NCBI GenBank assembly: GCA_964247055.1
Contig: OZ176053.1
Coordinates: 8,308,001-8,372,000, forward strand
DNA length: 64,000 nt
Direction of reading: 5' to 3'
Source of the DNA: Paragordius varius
Taxonomy: Eukaryota; Animalia; Nematomorpha
The notes below the pieces were generated by a model, which saw only the letters and a program-made list of their open reading frames with translations, was not told the origin of the DNA and did not search any database. The position numbers were made by a program, and so were the translations under genes. This document shows, in pieces, positions 12,480 to 25,339 of this stretch (position 1 is the stretch's first letter; each line of letters starts with the position of its first letter).

Positions 12480-14546
12480 TGTAATAAATTAAATTTTAAC
12501 AATTTATATTTCTTTCGGCTAGTATATTTAATTACTGCCAAGATATTTTTGACAATTATCTGTAAAGCGATTTTAAATAAAAGCTTAAAGCGTATATATT
12601 TTGGTAATAATAGTGCTAAATAGGTATTACAATTAAATTTTCGTAGCAAGTAAATAGTAGAAGCTAAATTTTTTAGATACGGTTCATCTAATTTAGCCCA
12701 TAAATTTATTTACCAAGTCACAGGTGCCTCCTATGTCCTTTAATTCGAAAGTTTGCATGTGTATGACATTGTTTCACCAAAATATAAATTAGCATTTCTT
12801 ATTTTATGGTTTAACTCAAGGGTATCCAATTACACGGCCCGCAAATTTGGATATCCACTATTTGTAAAAATATTCTCACAAAATCCTAGTAAAATTGATA
12901 CTTCTTAAACAATGTCTAGTAAGTTATTCGATTGGCAAGAACTAGAAAAATTTATGTTTTTTTGCATTTTACAGTCTAAGGTTCGAAATTTAATATATTA
13001 TTTATGATTGCCCATATATCAGCGGGCCGCAGAATTTTTGAGCCAAAAAATGCGGCTCACGACGCCGTTTGTGTTGGACACCGCCGGTTTGAAGACAAAA
13101 GTTATTATTAAATAACTTGATCTAAAATAAAATTATTGCTAACCTAACTATTTCTCCCCTAATTTATTGGACTGAATTACCTGTAGAACTCGAAAACTCG
13201 ATATTTTTTCTAAAAATATCAATTGAAATTGTTTGAGATCTTTTTTCTCAAATATTTCTCAATATATTTTACCTTAATATATTTAGTGAATAATCAGGAG
13301 CATTACGTTGGGCCCCCCTTTTACTATTTATTTCAGTGAGAATAAGGTCCAGTATGCCAAGATTTTATGCTTTAACTCCATTAAGTATTAAAGTATTGAA
13401 TATAATTTATATATTAACCACCAGCAAACATGCAGTTAATCAAGACTATTTTTAAGCTTAATAAAGAATTTAAAAAAAATATGATAATTAATCGAAACAT
13501 ACCTTTTTATACTTTTTTCTTCATACATATGATTAATATTTATTCTACTATTTAATATTTTGTTCAGAGGCTTACGCCGGATTTTAAAAATTTATGGTTT
13601 TATTTCAAAAAATAGGTATTTTAAAAAGTTATAATTTTTAAATAATACATAAAAATTCACCCATTTATGAGTACGGTTTGAATTTGATTTTTTTAAAATA
13701 GGTGTTGCTCAGAAGGGGAAGCGGGAGCCAGAAATGCAAGCCATGCTTCTAATTTTGTTTACATATAAAAAATGATAATTTATGTCATAAGAAAAATTTG
13801 TTATAAAAATTATAAATAGTTAGGAACTAAGTAATAAACCGGAGAGTGTACTGATGAACTGACGTTCCCCAAAATTTTAAAATAGCCAAAAAGGCCGGTT
13901 TATTGCCTCTTATCAAGAGCTTTCTGAAAAATAACCTAAATAAATACTATTTTTCTTATAGGATCATCTTTATGATGCATGTTAACAAATAAAATTTAAC
14001 TGGTGCGTTTTCTTCTTTTAAATAGTTCTATTCTTCCTAATATGTGAGACCATTCCATCCCATTTTGGACAATAGCAAAAATCATTACCCTTTTTCAAAT
14101 AACGATTTATCATTTCGATATGCATTATACTGATGCAGCTAATCGAAAAATTTATTAATCATTTCTTTGTACGCCTCTAAAACTAGTCAGTTTAAATATT
14201 TAAATATGCTTACCGATTAAATAAATAAAATAACGGAACATACACTTAATGTGCTTTAAAAAATTTAGTTTTTTGGGGATCGCTGTTAATATACAATTTA
14301 AGGGTTTTAATAGTTAGCGACAACGATGTTAAAATCATTTTTTAAAATACTTAGGAGGATCAATTTAAGTTCGACTACATACGTTCCAAGCTAAAATCAA
14401 AAAATGAATTAAATTGCGTTTTAAAAACCATGTAAAATCAGCTGTAATTACAAAATAAGTGTCATTATATATATTTGTGGTAATGACTGATTTCGATCGT
14501 TAATGACAGTATTTTTAAAGGGTTTGATTATTATTAATCAGCCTAC

Positions 14547-14577
<31 letters not shown>

Positions 14578-15103
14578 TAAATTTTATGAACTCCATAATT
14601 TTAACATGGTTTTCAACATCATTTAAATTCTAGCAGTTTTTTATATAATAATAACTATCCAATTAAACACATTTCACAACATTATCAATTTTATGATTAT
14701 TTAAAGTATCGATTCCCGTAGTACAAACCGACATCAAAAGATATCCCAAATGAAAGCAAAATTAAATTTTTTCGGTCCATTAATGGCGCGCGGAGAGAGC
14801 TTTAAATAAATTAAATGAAAAACTATTATTTACAATACGTTTAGTTTAAACTTTAACGCAATTAATCTTAAGGTTTTACTAAACAATACCCGGTAAACAC
14901 TTTTCATTCATTGAAAAATAATGAGAGGATCTGTAAATCAATAATCGTTGGATAAATAATGTTTTATTTAATATCCAACAAAGGTTAAAGATTGCATATT
15001 TGAGTGATAACAATCAAAATCTTTCACACATTAATTATTCAAATTTTTACAAGTTTTTACTTTTTTTAGTAAAAGTAATTATTAAGTAAATGTTCTTATA
15101 TTT

Positions 15104-18100
15104 ATGACTGTGATGATGTCTAATGAGCCAAGAGAGTCAGTCAATACCAAAGTCATACATGTTAGTAATCTCAGTGATGAGGTTACCGGTTCAGATTTAA
15201 TAGCACTTGCTTTACCCTTTGGACAATTGACCAATCTTTCCATATTAAATGGTATACCAATCAATAATTCAATTTTATTAAAAATTATACTTAAAATAAT
15301 TTTATTCTTAAAAATGATATTAGAATAATTTTTTAAACGATATAACATGTACAATTCATCCGTCTAGCCTAACTTATAATAAATTAATTTAATGCTTCAG
15401 CGTGTTTACCATCATTCCGCAAATATGATTTGGTATTTTAAAAGGGTAAATATAAACTAAATTTACATTAGGCATCAATTAACACTCTAAAAAGAGGGAA
15501 AGGGATTAGTAATTTTTAAAAACCCACATTAAACCGAAATCATATAATAATTTGCCAATTTAAAAAAATATAAAATATTTATTGCCGTTCGATATAGTCG
15601 AATTATATTGCATGGTGTTTTGGCTTAAATAACAAACATCCCATTTTCGTAAATAAATAAATAAATCTATTTGAAAGCATCAATTTTAATGGTGCAAATA
15701 AAATAGGTTAGATTTATTAACCATATTTTTTGAAACATAAATATGGTAAACTGTAGCCAACTCATTTAATATATTAAAATATAAATAATTATGGCATTAA
15801 TATAGGGAAGGGACAGGCACTTATAGAATTTTCTGATCACCATTCAGCTTTCAAATTTTTGGACTATGCTACTAACTCTGAATTCGGCCTTTATGCAAAT
15901 GGTCAAAGAATTTTTGCCAAGTTATCTTCACACAAAGAAATAAAGATAGGTACTCCAAATATTTTGGATATAACCCAACCTTTGGTACCAATGCGGGAAT
16001 CTATATTTGGGGATTTTTCTCAAAAATCGCTATTAGGTTACATTTTTTAAAGCTTAAACGAAAATATTTATACCGATAGGGATTCGATTTTTTGATAGAA
16101 TTTATGATGAGTTTTTGAATATAGGAATAAAATATGACCCAAACCTTTAACCAAAAAAAGTTCATCCAATCCCTAACTCTTCATAATTTTTTATCGGAAC
16201 GTTGCATTATAAAATACCTTTTATTAATCAAACTCTTTTTCAACAATTTTTGAATCAACATTTTTTTCAAAACTTATTACTTTTTAAATAAATGATATAT
16301 TTTAAATCAACTGATATCAAAAAATATTTTTTATGCATTTGAATGTTTAATAAGCTATAATTATTAAACCTGGGATTTTTTATTGGTATTGAAAAATCTG
16401 CGTTCAAAAAAACGTTTAAATTAAAAGTTGCTAGAAAGGTGGGTGCTCATCTCTTTTTTACTTAAAAATATTGTAAAAATGAATTAATATATAAATGTTA
16501 AGTTCGAATGAAAAACTGGTGTTTATTGGAAGGGTGTATTAATCATTAATTCGAGTTAATTTTTAAGTCAATTCAATAATTTAAAATATTTAAGTAATAT
16601 TTTTCTTATTTTGCTTAAAATTGAAATTTAGCATTTTAATATGAATTGGCTAATTATGCCTGGGTGACTAAATCTTTGAGCGGTTATCAGGAATATTGGA
16701 TTTAATTAATTAAATATGGTTGTCATAATTTTTGAATTATATATAAAGCAGAAAAAATTGCCTTTTCTAAATATGTCAATATTGTATCTACACAGGGTGT
16801 AATTTAGGTTTTTTTTGTAGTATATAAGCTACGGATAATCAGCTTTATGCATTTATTGTTTCATGCATTATTTCTCTTATATGGCGTTTGCACAATTATT
16901 TTAATAAAAACTTATCTCCCCCTCATCTAAGATTTAAGCACCTTAAAATATACAAACGAACCAAAAAAATTGAAACACTATGAAAAATATGACTAACGTT
17001 TGTAGTTATTTTTGTTTACACTATTTGTATTATTTGATAAATCAAACCATTTATTGTGGTAATATATACCTAATTATCAATACTTTAGGGTTTGATCCAT
17101 TGTTTGTTGGAACTTACCATCATCAAAAACCTTATGAAGCCATACTTAAGGTATCCATGTTAAAAACCCGACCAAATACAATTGGAAACTTGGGTTTTAA
17201 TGATAATTTGCATAAATGTTTGAATAAAAATGAAAAAGTTTATCGTGTAAATGGCGGCTTCCAGAGTTCCCAAAAATTATTAAACGGAAGCGATCGTTAT
17301 GAAAATAAATCTTTCAACGAAATATCTTTAAAGCCATTGGTTGAAGATACCTACCCAGTAAGTGTTCAAACGTTAAAAGATATATTCGGAGAATATGGTA
17401 ACATTGATAAAATAATTGTATATGCTTGTGAAAAAGATAAATCTGCCAAAAATGGTATTGATAGCTTATACCAGGATGAACAGCGATATATGACTCATTA
17501 TATACTATCAAGTAAAGATTTTTCTTTTGCAACAATACACTACAAAGCCCTGACACCATATAAACACGATGAAACTTTGGATTCGACATGTATAGTTTGT
17601 AACGAGCAAAATCGTAATCTTGCTTATAAATGGGCTTTTCGTGCCCAACGACAACTTAACTTTTGCCCTATCTACAATGGTATTGCTCGATTAAAAGTTG
17701 AATTTTTTGATCCCAATAGCAAACTCGATCTTAATAATATTAAACTTAAGGTTTATCAATTTGCACCACTAAAATTAGTTAAATATGGTAAAGCAAGTGG
17801 TAGAGTAGAAGCAAATAATACGATAAAATTTGTTTGCCCCAGACATCATATCCCAGTTTATACGTCGAATGTCATTAACAAAAATAATTCTAAAACGGAT
17901 CTACAAAATATGTCAACTAACCATGAACATAGTTTTGAAGATTATGGAGTAACTCCAAAAATGATGGACCAATATGGTAATGGTGGAAAAGAAAAAAAAT
18001 GGAAAATAAATTCCACAAACCTATTTAATTCTCCTCTAAACTTCAATGATAATTTTCATAATTTCCCAGTGCCAATTAATGACAATATAAATTATATGAA

Positions 18101-19457
18101 TGAACCGTGCTTTACTATGGATAATGGGAATGCATTTGATAAATTTGAACATGGCTTTGATTACCGATTAGAAGCTCCCCTTAACCCAAACACATTTAAT
18201 ATGATCAACAATATAGCACCATATCCACCGTTACCTTTAAATACTGAATCTCTTATGAATTTTACAAATAACCAAATTGAAAACATGAATATATTTTCGT
18301 GTTTTAATCAAGTTTTCTCCAACAATCATCATGATGTTAGGCAAAGCAGTCCAGTTCTATTAGTTAGCAATATACCATGCCAGTTAAGAGATCCAGATCG
18401 TCTTTTTACCCTCTTTGGTGTTTATGGGGATGTAGTTCGTATCAAAATTTTATATAACAAAAGGGATGCCGCACTTATTCAATTAAAAACAGGTTATATG
18501 GCTCAAATCGCGCTTAAGTATCTCGATAAAATCAAAGTGTTTGATCAAGTTTTACGGATATCACCGTCCATTTTTGTGCAAATTAACACGATGGAAGATA
18601 AAAATGATGGAAGCGCATCTGATATCAATGCAAAGCCATCTGCAACTGATGGATTTGTTCCTAGCGTGACTATCCACTCAAATTCTGTTTCAGATAGCCA
18701 AGATTTAAATAAGGATAATAACAATAATAATGTACAATGTGGAGGGGATCATGTTTTGGAGCACAAACAAAATAGTTCACAGAATAATATTACTAAACAT
18801 GTCGTAACAAATGCTAAAAACGAAAATCACGATACATTTGATTCAAATAAGATAAACGATAATGCCTTGTCGTCACCCCTAACAAAAGATTACACAAATT
18901 CCCCGTATCATAGGTATAGGAATGCCGGGTCTAAAAATTATAGAAATATTTACCCTCCATCGAATACGTTGCATTTATCCAATATCCCTGAGGGCGTAGA
19001 TGAATGTACTTTAAAAAATTTATTTAGGATGGTAGCAGGACACAAGTGTATATCATTTAAATTTTTGCGACAAAAAAATAATGTATCCCTGGTTGATCAA
19101 TATTATTCGCACAAACCTGCAATAAATATGTTTGCTTATGACAACATTTTATACTCAACCCTAAATCCGGCAACATTCACAATACCAAATAATTTTAATG
19201 ATAACTTTCAAGGTCTATATCCGCACAATAATCTATGGTTAAACCACACTTATGCGCCTATCGATGTTGGTGATATTCAAACGGACGAAGAAAAATATAA
19301 GAAAAAGAGACAAATGGCATACATAACTTTTGAAACACGACAACAAGCGATAGAAAGTCTAATATTATTGCACAATGCCGTTATCGATTGTAAATATACA
19401 CTAAAAGTCTCCTTTGCTAACTTGCGATACAGTAATCCACCTACGCCAAATCTTTAG
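15104..19457 (+). CDS. PTBP: Polypyrimidine-tract-binding protein-like, 4 RRMs with large insertions; exons 15104-15251, 15806-15949 (or -16036) and 17089-19457 (886 or 915 aa)
   Basis: RRM1 KVIHVSNL...LPFGQLTNLSILN|GKGQALIEF...SSHKEIK; RRM2 YPVSVQTLKDIFGEYG...IYNGIARLKVEF; RRM3 VLLVSNI...LFTLFGVYGDVVRIKILYNK; linker/RRM4 TKDYTNSPYHRY...GSKNYRNIYPPSNTLHLSNIP...LKVSF. Both introns are phase-1 GT-AG. Confidence 0.92.
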
Positions 19458-19723
19458 TTATTCTCTCTTTATATTAGTTAAAGTATTTACCATTGTAATT
19501 ATGTATTTATCAATAATAAATTAATGATTTAATTTAAACCACATGGAAATGATTGGATATATATTTAAATACTGAACTCGTCCTAATCCTATGAACTAAA
19601 AAACCACATCCTTGGATTATCAGATTATATGGTTTCCATTGTGTGCAATTTCGAAAGTCTATTTTTTACTTAGTATAATTGTTATTCAATTTGAATCGTT
19701 AGCCATTTTGGTCGTAATATGGC

Positions 19724-22700
19724 TAAGGTGACCAGACGTCCCGCTTTTGGCGGGACAGTCCCGCTTTTTCACACTTTGTCCCGCTTCCTGCTACGTTTTT
19801 AAATGTCCCGCTTTTTCACGATTATATAAAAAAAATTTTTTTTAATACAAATAAATTTTTTTTGTCCGTTTAAATTTTTTATCATAAAATATCTTTAAAA
19901 TCTATTCAATTTTAAATTAAATTTATTTTAAATTAAAAATATTTATTTTTTTCGAATTTATATCATGTGATTATACACTATACTTCCTACTACTGTCATT
20001 ATTATCAAAAAGCCAAGTTAATACCCTTAAATCTCTAGATTAAAAGACAAATTGATACCACAAATCGGTACCTTACACGTTTATTTCACAAAATTAAGGT
20101 AATATAATATTTATTATACTAATATCTTAGTTTTATTACTTGCCAACATTATTAAAAAGCCAAATTAATACCACAAATCGGTAGCTTAAAAGACAAATCG
20201 ATACTACAAATCGGTACCTTACACGTTTATCACAGAAAATTAAGGTAATATAATATTTATTATACTAATAGTAGTTTATAAATATGAGCACAAAAAGAGG
20301 TTGTAAATTCAACGATGAATTAATGAAGGATTTTCCTTTTATTAAAAAAAACGAAGAATGAATCATTTGTTAAATGTCTTATATGCGAGGGGGAATTCAC
20401 CCTAGCACATGGCGGCAAGCATGATATTACAAAGCATATGGAAACACAGAAACATAAAAAATGTTTAGATATGGCGGCATCATCTTACAAAATGAGCGAT
20501 TTTTTGAAAAACCGCTTTTGGAGAGGAAGAAAAGAATTTGGCACTAGCTGAGGGCGTGTTATTTTTTCACGCCGTTAATCACAATCATTCCTTATGGACT
20601 GTACCTCACAGGTTATTCGCACGTTATTCTATAAAAAATTTACATGTGCCCGTACAAAGGCTGAAGCCATTGTGTGCAATCTCCTTTCGCCACATGCATT
20701 TTCTGAAATACAAAAAGATTTGCTGAAAATTAATTCCATATCGCTATACTCTGATGCATCAAATCACCATGAAACAAAACTATTTCCCACTTTGATGAGA
20801 TATTTTGATTCAGAAACCGGAGTAAAAATTAAAATTTTAGATTTAATTTCCCTACCCGGTATTCCGAAATAATATTCACTTCAATAATGCAAAAAATAAT
20901 TTAAAACACAAAATTATCGTATATTGCGCTGACAACACCAGTATGAACTTTGGTGGAAAAGCAAGGAGAGGAACAAAAAAATATTTTTCATAAATCAACA
21001 GATAATCTTAATCAAAACATTATTGGCGTTGGGTGTGCAGCGCATATAATACACAACGCTATTCAAACAGCTGCTGATTTGTTACCCCTAGATGTGGAAA
21101 ATGTAGTTGTTAAAATATATTGCTATTTTTATATATACACGGTAGTGTTGAAACGCTTAAAGAATTCTGTGAAAATGCAGGAGTTCAATATAAAAAAATG
21201 CTTGGATATTGTAAAACTCGTTGGTTAGCTTTTATGCCAGCTATCGAAAGAATTTTAAAAATGTATGATCCTTTAAAATCTTTTTTATTATCACAGGACA
21301 AATGTCCTACAACTTTAAAAAAGTTTTTTGAAAGTGATTGTTCAAAAATATGGTTAAAATTCTTACATAATCAAGCTTCTCTCTTTCAAAATGTTATTAA
21401 ATTTATAGAAGGTGACAAAATTTCGGCAATCGAAGTAGCCAATGAAGTTAGTAACCTAAAATTCCAATGTCAAGAACGGTTAGAAAATAATTTTATACCA
21501 TTAACCATCCGCAATATAATAAATAATTTAGAAAAACAAGGCTTAATAAATCGCCAAGATATCCTGTATCATATAAAAATGTTTTATACAAACTGTAAAG
21601 ATTATTTGGAAGACTGGACGACGCAATTCAATGAAATTGTTCATTTTCATTGGATAACATTAAAATCAGAATTTAATTGGTGCGATGTTCAAAAATCATT
21701 TGATTATATCTGCTCCCAAAAATTCTCATTGATCTTTCAGAAAATGATTTTTTTTCTGAAGTATCATTAGTTAAAAGATATATTAATAATGAAAAACTTA
21801 AATTATGGACAAAAGAAAAATATACAGTAGAAAAGAAATGGTTGGAAATATTTCATCATTTTGAAGCCAACTATATTACATACAATAATATTTTAAAAAT
21901 TGTGGAATTCGCACTATCTTTACCTGGAACCAACGCTGCTACTGAGCGCGTTTTTTCCACAGTAAATCAGGTGTGGACATCGGAAAAATCAAATTTAAAT
22001 GTTGAAACTTTGAAGGCCGTTTTATCTGTCAAATATAATTTGACAAATTCTTGTGAAGACTTCTACAATATTTTAAAAAATGATGACAATCTGCTAAAAC
22101 GCATTCACTCAAACCAAAAATATTCCAAAGAATAAAATATTTTCTCTATTTTTGTGTTAAAAATCATAATTACCTAAAATATTGTATAAGTCTTCATAAT
22201 TTGTCAAATTATATTTGAACACATAAAAGGTCTTTTATTCAACATTTAAATTTGATTCCGTGTCCACACTTGATTTACTGTGGAAAAACGCGTTCAATAG
22301 CAGTGGTTCAGTTAAAGATAATGCAAATTCTACAATTTATTTTATGGAAGATAATTTGTTTAAAAATGATTATTTTAACCATTTCTATCCTACGTATTTT
22401 TTCTGTTGTTTATAATATAAGCTTTCATTCAATATATTTATTTAATAATGAGACTTCATTAAAAAGTGTCATTGTGCACCGTTTCTTCCAAATAATCGTT
22501 TCTGTTTGTATAAAACATTTTTATATTCTGGCTATTCATTGAGCCTTGTTTTTCTGGATGCTTTATGATATTGCGAAGTAATGGTATAAAATTATTTTCT
22601 AACCTTTTTTGACTTGGAATTTTGACCTTTGTCCTGTGATAAAAATTAGGATTCTAGGAGATCACATTTTTATAAATATTTCAATTGCTGGCAAAAGAGT

Positions 22701-23105
22701 TAACCAACAGTTCTGCAATATCCAAGCATTTTAACATCTATATTTTCCACATCCAGGGGTAACAAATCAGTAGATGTTTGAAAAGTGTTGTGTATCTGCC
22801 AATAATGTTTTGATTAAGATTATTCGCTAAATTGTTAAAAATATTTTTTGTGCCGCTTCTTGCATCACCCAGCGCAATTTGTGATGATTTCGTCTTTATT
22901 ATTTTTTTCTAGAATATTACAATCACTTCACCCTTTGTTCGTGCACATGTAAATTTATTGAATAAGGTACAAACAACCTGTGAGGTACAATTTTTTTATA
23001 TTTATAATGTAGTGTTGTATAAAAATTTTTGGTTGTACCCCCCAATGACCCCCCCCCCTCCTCAGATTTGTCCCGCTTTTTCCTTCAAAAAATCTGGTCA
23101 CCTTA
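19724..23105 (+). mobile_element. hAT DNA transposon (Blackjack-like termini) with a disrupted transposase
   Basis: 13-bp TIR TAAGGTGACCAGA/TCTGGTCACCTTA, perfect 8-bp TSD AATATGGC (19716-19723, 23106-23113) and subterminal GTCCCGCT repeats. Confidence 0.96.
20284..22135 (+). pseudogene. hAT transposase, frameshifted and stop-interrupted
   Basis: N-terminal C2H2/BED-like finger (KCLIC...HDITKHMETQKH), DASN, GVGCAAHIIHN, TRWLAF and the C-terminal dimerisation motif LSLPGTNAATERVFS...EKSNL are spread over at least four ORF pieces. Confidence 0.92.
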
Positions 23106-25339
23106 AATATGGCGGACATTCAAAAAATCATTAAATATATAGATATATATTTGTATTTATTTACAAACATAGGAGTTGCAAATTTTATGTAGTTTTAAAC
23201 AAGGCGTGGACAAACCATTCAAATAAAATTTGACCATGTTATTGTGTTGTTGTCACTATTAGGTAAAAATTGAAATTTAATCATACAAATTTGGGAAGTG
23301 CATTAGAAAGCTATCCTAGAAATAGAATGATATGTTATACAATAATATTATATTTTTCGGCCTTTAATAAATGACACAAGGCACGCAAAATAATTTCCTT
23401 ATAAAGTATATAATTTTAGATAGAAATATCTATCAGGATTTTTATAATAATTTTGTGTTTAATCTTACGACCACAAAGTTATTACTACGTTTATAGTCAT
23501 TGGTCCGGATCAACAAATCGCAAAAGAGCGCAACATTTTCCAGATAAATTTTTTTAGTTAAAGTTATAAGCTTTGTTTCAGAAAATAATATCGAAACAAA
23601 TCATTAATTATATAATAATAGCAAACGGTTTTTATAGTAAGTTTTTAATTTTGGATCCAGGGTTGGAGAGTCAAAATTTTGAACCTCTCCGAAATTGGCA
23701 AGTTTATATTAAATGCAAAAATGCCGAGATTGCACAATTATAATATGTGAATTTTTATGGTATCATTCTTTTTATAGGGTATCTTCTAAAAATTTTATTG
23801 AATGGGTTTTTTGATATTTTTCTGGTGAAAAAGGTCTAGACTTTTAGCTATTATAAAAACACTTCTTTATCTACGAGGCTGCTAAACTTATCACCTTAGA
23901 ATTCAAGTATTTATCTTTAAATAAGTTGATTTTTGTTCGTATTTATTGACAGGGAGCTGAATTTGAATATTTTTTCAGGAGGGTACTTTATTAAAATTGA
24001 TAACTTTATTTTTATCTTTTTCCACTGTTAAAGTTTTATATAAAGTAAGAATGACGTCCTCTTTTATAAACAATTTATTGGTACTCCTTTAAAGTTTGAT
24101 ATAATTTTTCCTGAATCGCTTTTTATCTATTATTCATCCATATATTTTTCGTATGAATTTTGGTACAATTCCCCGTGGATGAGCAGATGCACTCTACACA
24201 TAAAGCAATAGTATCTAGCTATCCAACATGCCTCCCACTCTTACTCAATACGGTAAAAATGCAATCAAAACCAAATGTTGTACAATTTTTACTCGACAAG
24301 GTTATTAAAAATCTGATAACGAATCCCGAATCCATTCATTCTTGTCAACCTATCGATTTATTAATAATATATTCACAGACAACAGATGAAATTAGTAATT
24401 AAGCTAAGGAAAATAATCGTAAAAAATATACATTCCTACCTTATAGCAATGTGCGGCAAAAATGTAGATTAAAAGATAATGTTAGGAATCAAATATCATT
24501 TAATGACTAAAAGCTTCAGAATAATGAATATCGATATGAATGAACTTAAAATACCGGATTTATTTTTTTCTATTAGCTAAAAATAATAAACCGCATTATC
24601 GCAAAGGTCGAATAAAATTAAATACAACAGAGGAAAACGCGACAATTAAATTTTTTTCGTTAAAATATATCATAAGAATAATCGCAAACGCAAAATTTTA
24701 TCAATAAAGGTATAATATTTTTTCAGAGCGTCCTAGAAAGACCTACAAAACTTAAAAGTAAAAAATCGCACGTCGACAATTTTCAATCAAAAAAATTGTT
24801 ATTTTGCTGTAGAAGAGTATAATTTTTATTTTAATTATTATATATTTACTATATATTTAGATATTACACAATTATCACGCTTAAATGATTTAAGCCTTAT
24901 ATAAAAAAGAGTTTTTTCGATATTGTACTAAAGCGGCAGTGGCGTACAATTTTAATAGCATCCAATATATCTTTATTATTACCTTGTCCATACAAATCGA
25001 TGTAGAAAAACTTATTTATCGAATCAGATTTTTTAATTTAGAGAATTTTATGCTCAAAAGCCAGGATCAATACCCAAAATGGCGCCAGAATATTTAATCA
25101 CAATTTTCCGATGAAAAAATTCCCTAAATCAAAAATCTAAGATGATTCTTTTTTCTGCATCAAATTTCATATTAAATTATTAAAAAATATTGGAGGTTTA
25201 TAAAAACTGTACTCTTCCGCTTTGATGCAAATTGTGTAAAAAATATAAGACTTAGATCATTTAACACGTTATATGGGTTAACATTATTTGCATAGTAAAT
25301 ATATAATAGATAATATAATAAAAATATTTTACATCATAA

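Noticed and set aside
16980-17088. ATG 16980 as the start of an independent 825-aa gene
   Set aside because: RRM1 is encoded upstream in two exons, and a phase-compatible acceptor lies at 17088, so this stretch is intronic.
24160-24402. ORF with VDEQM, suggesting a piggyBac transposase
   Set aside because: Only five residues match, and the following KGR/QY..KP.KYG motifs are absent.
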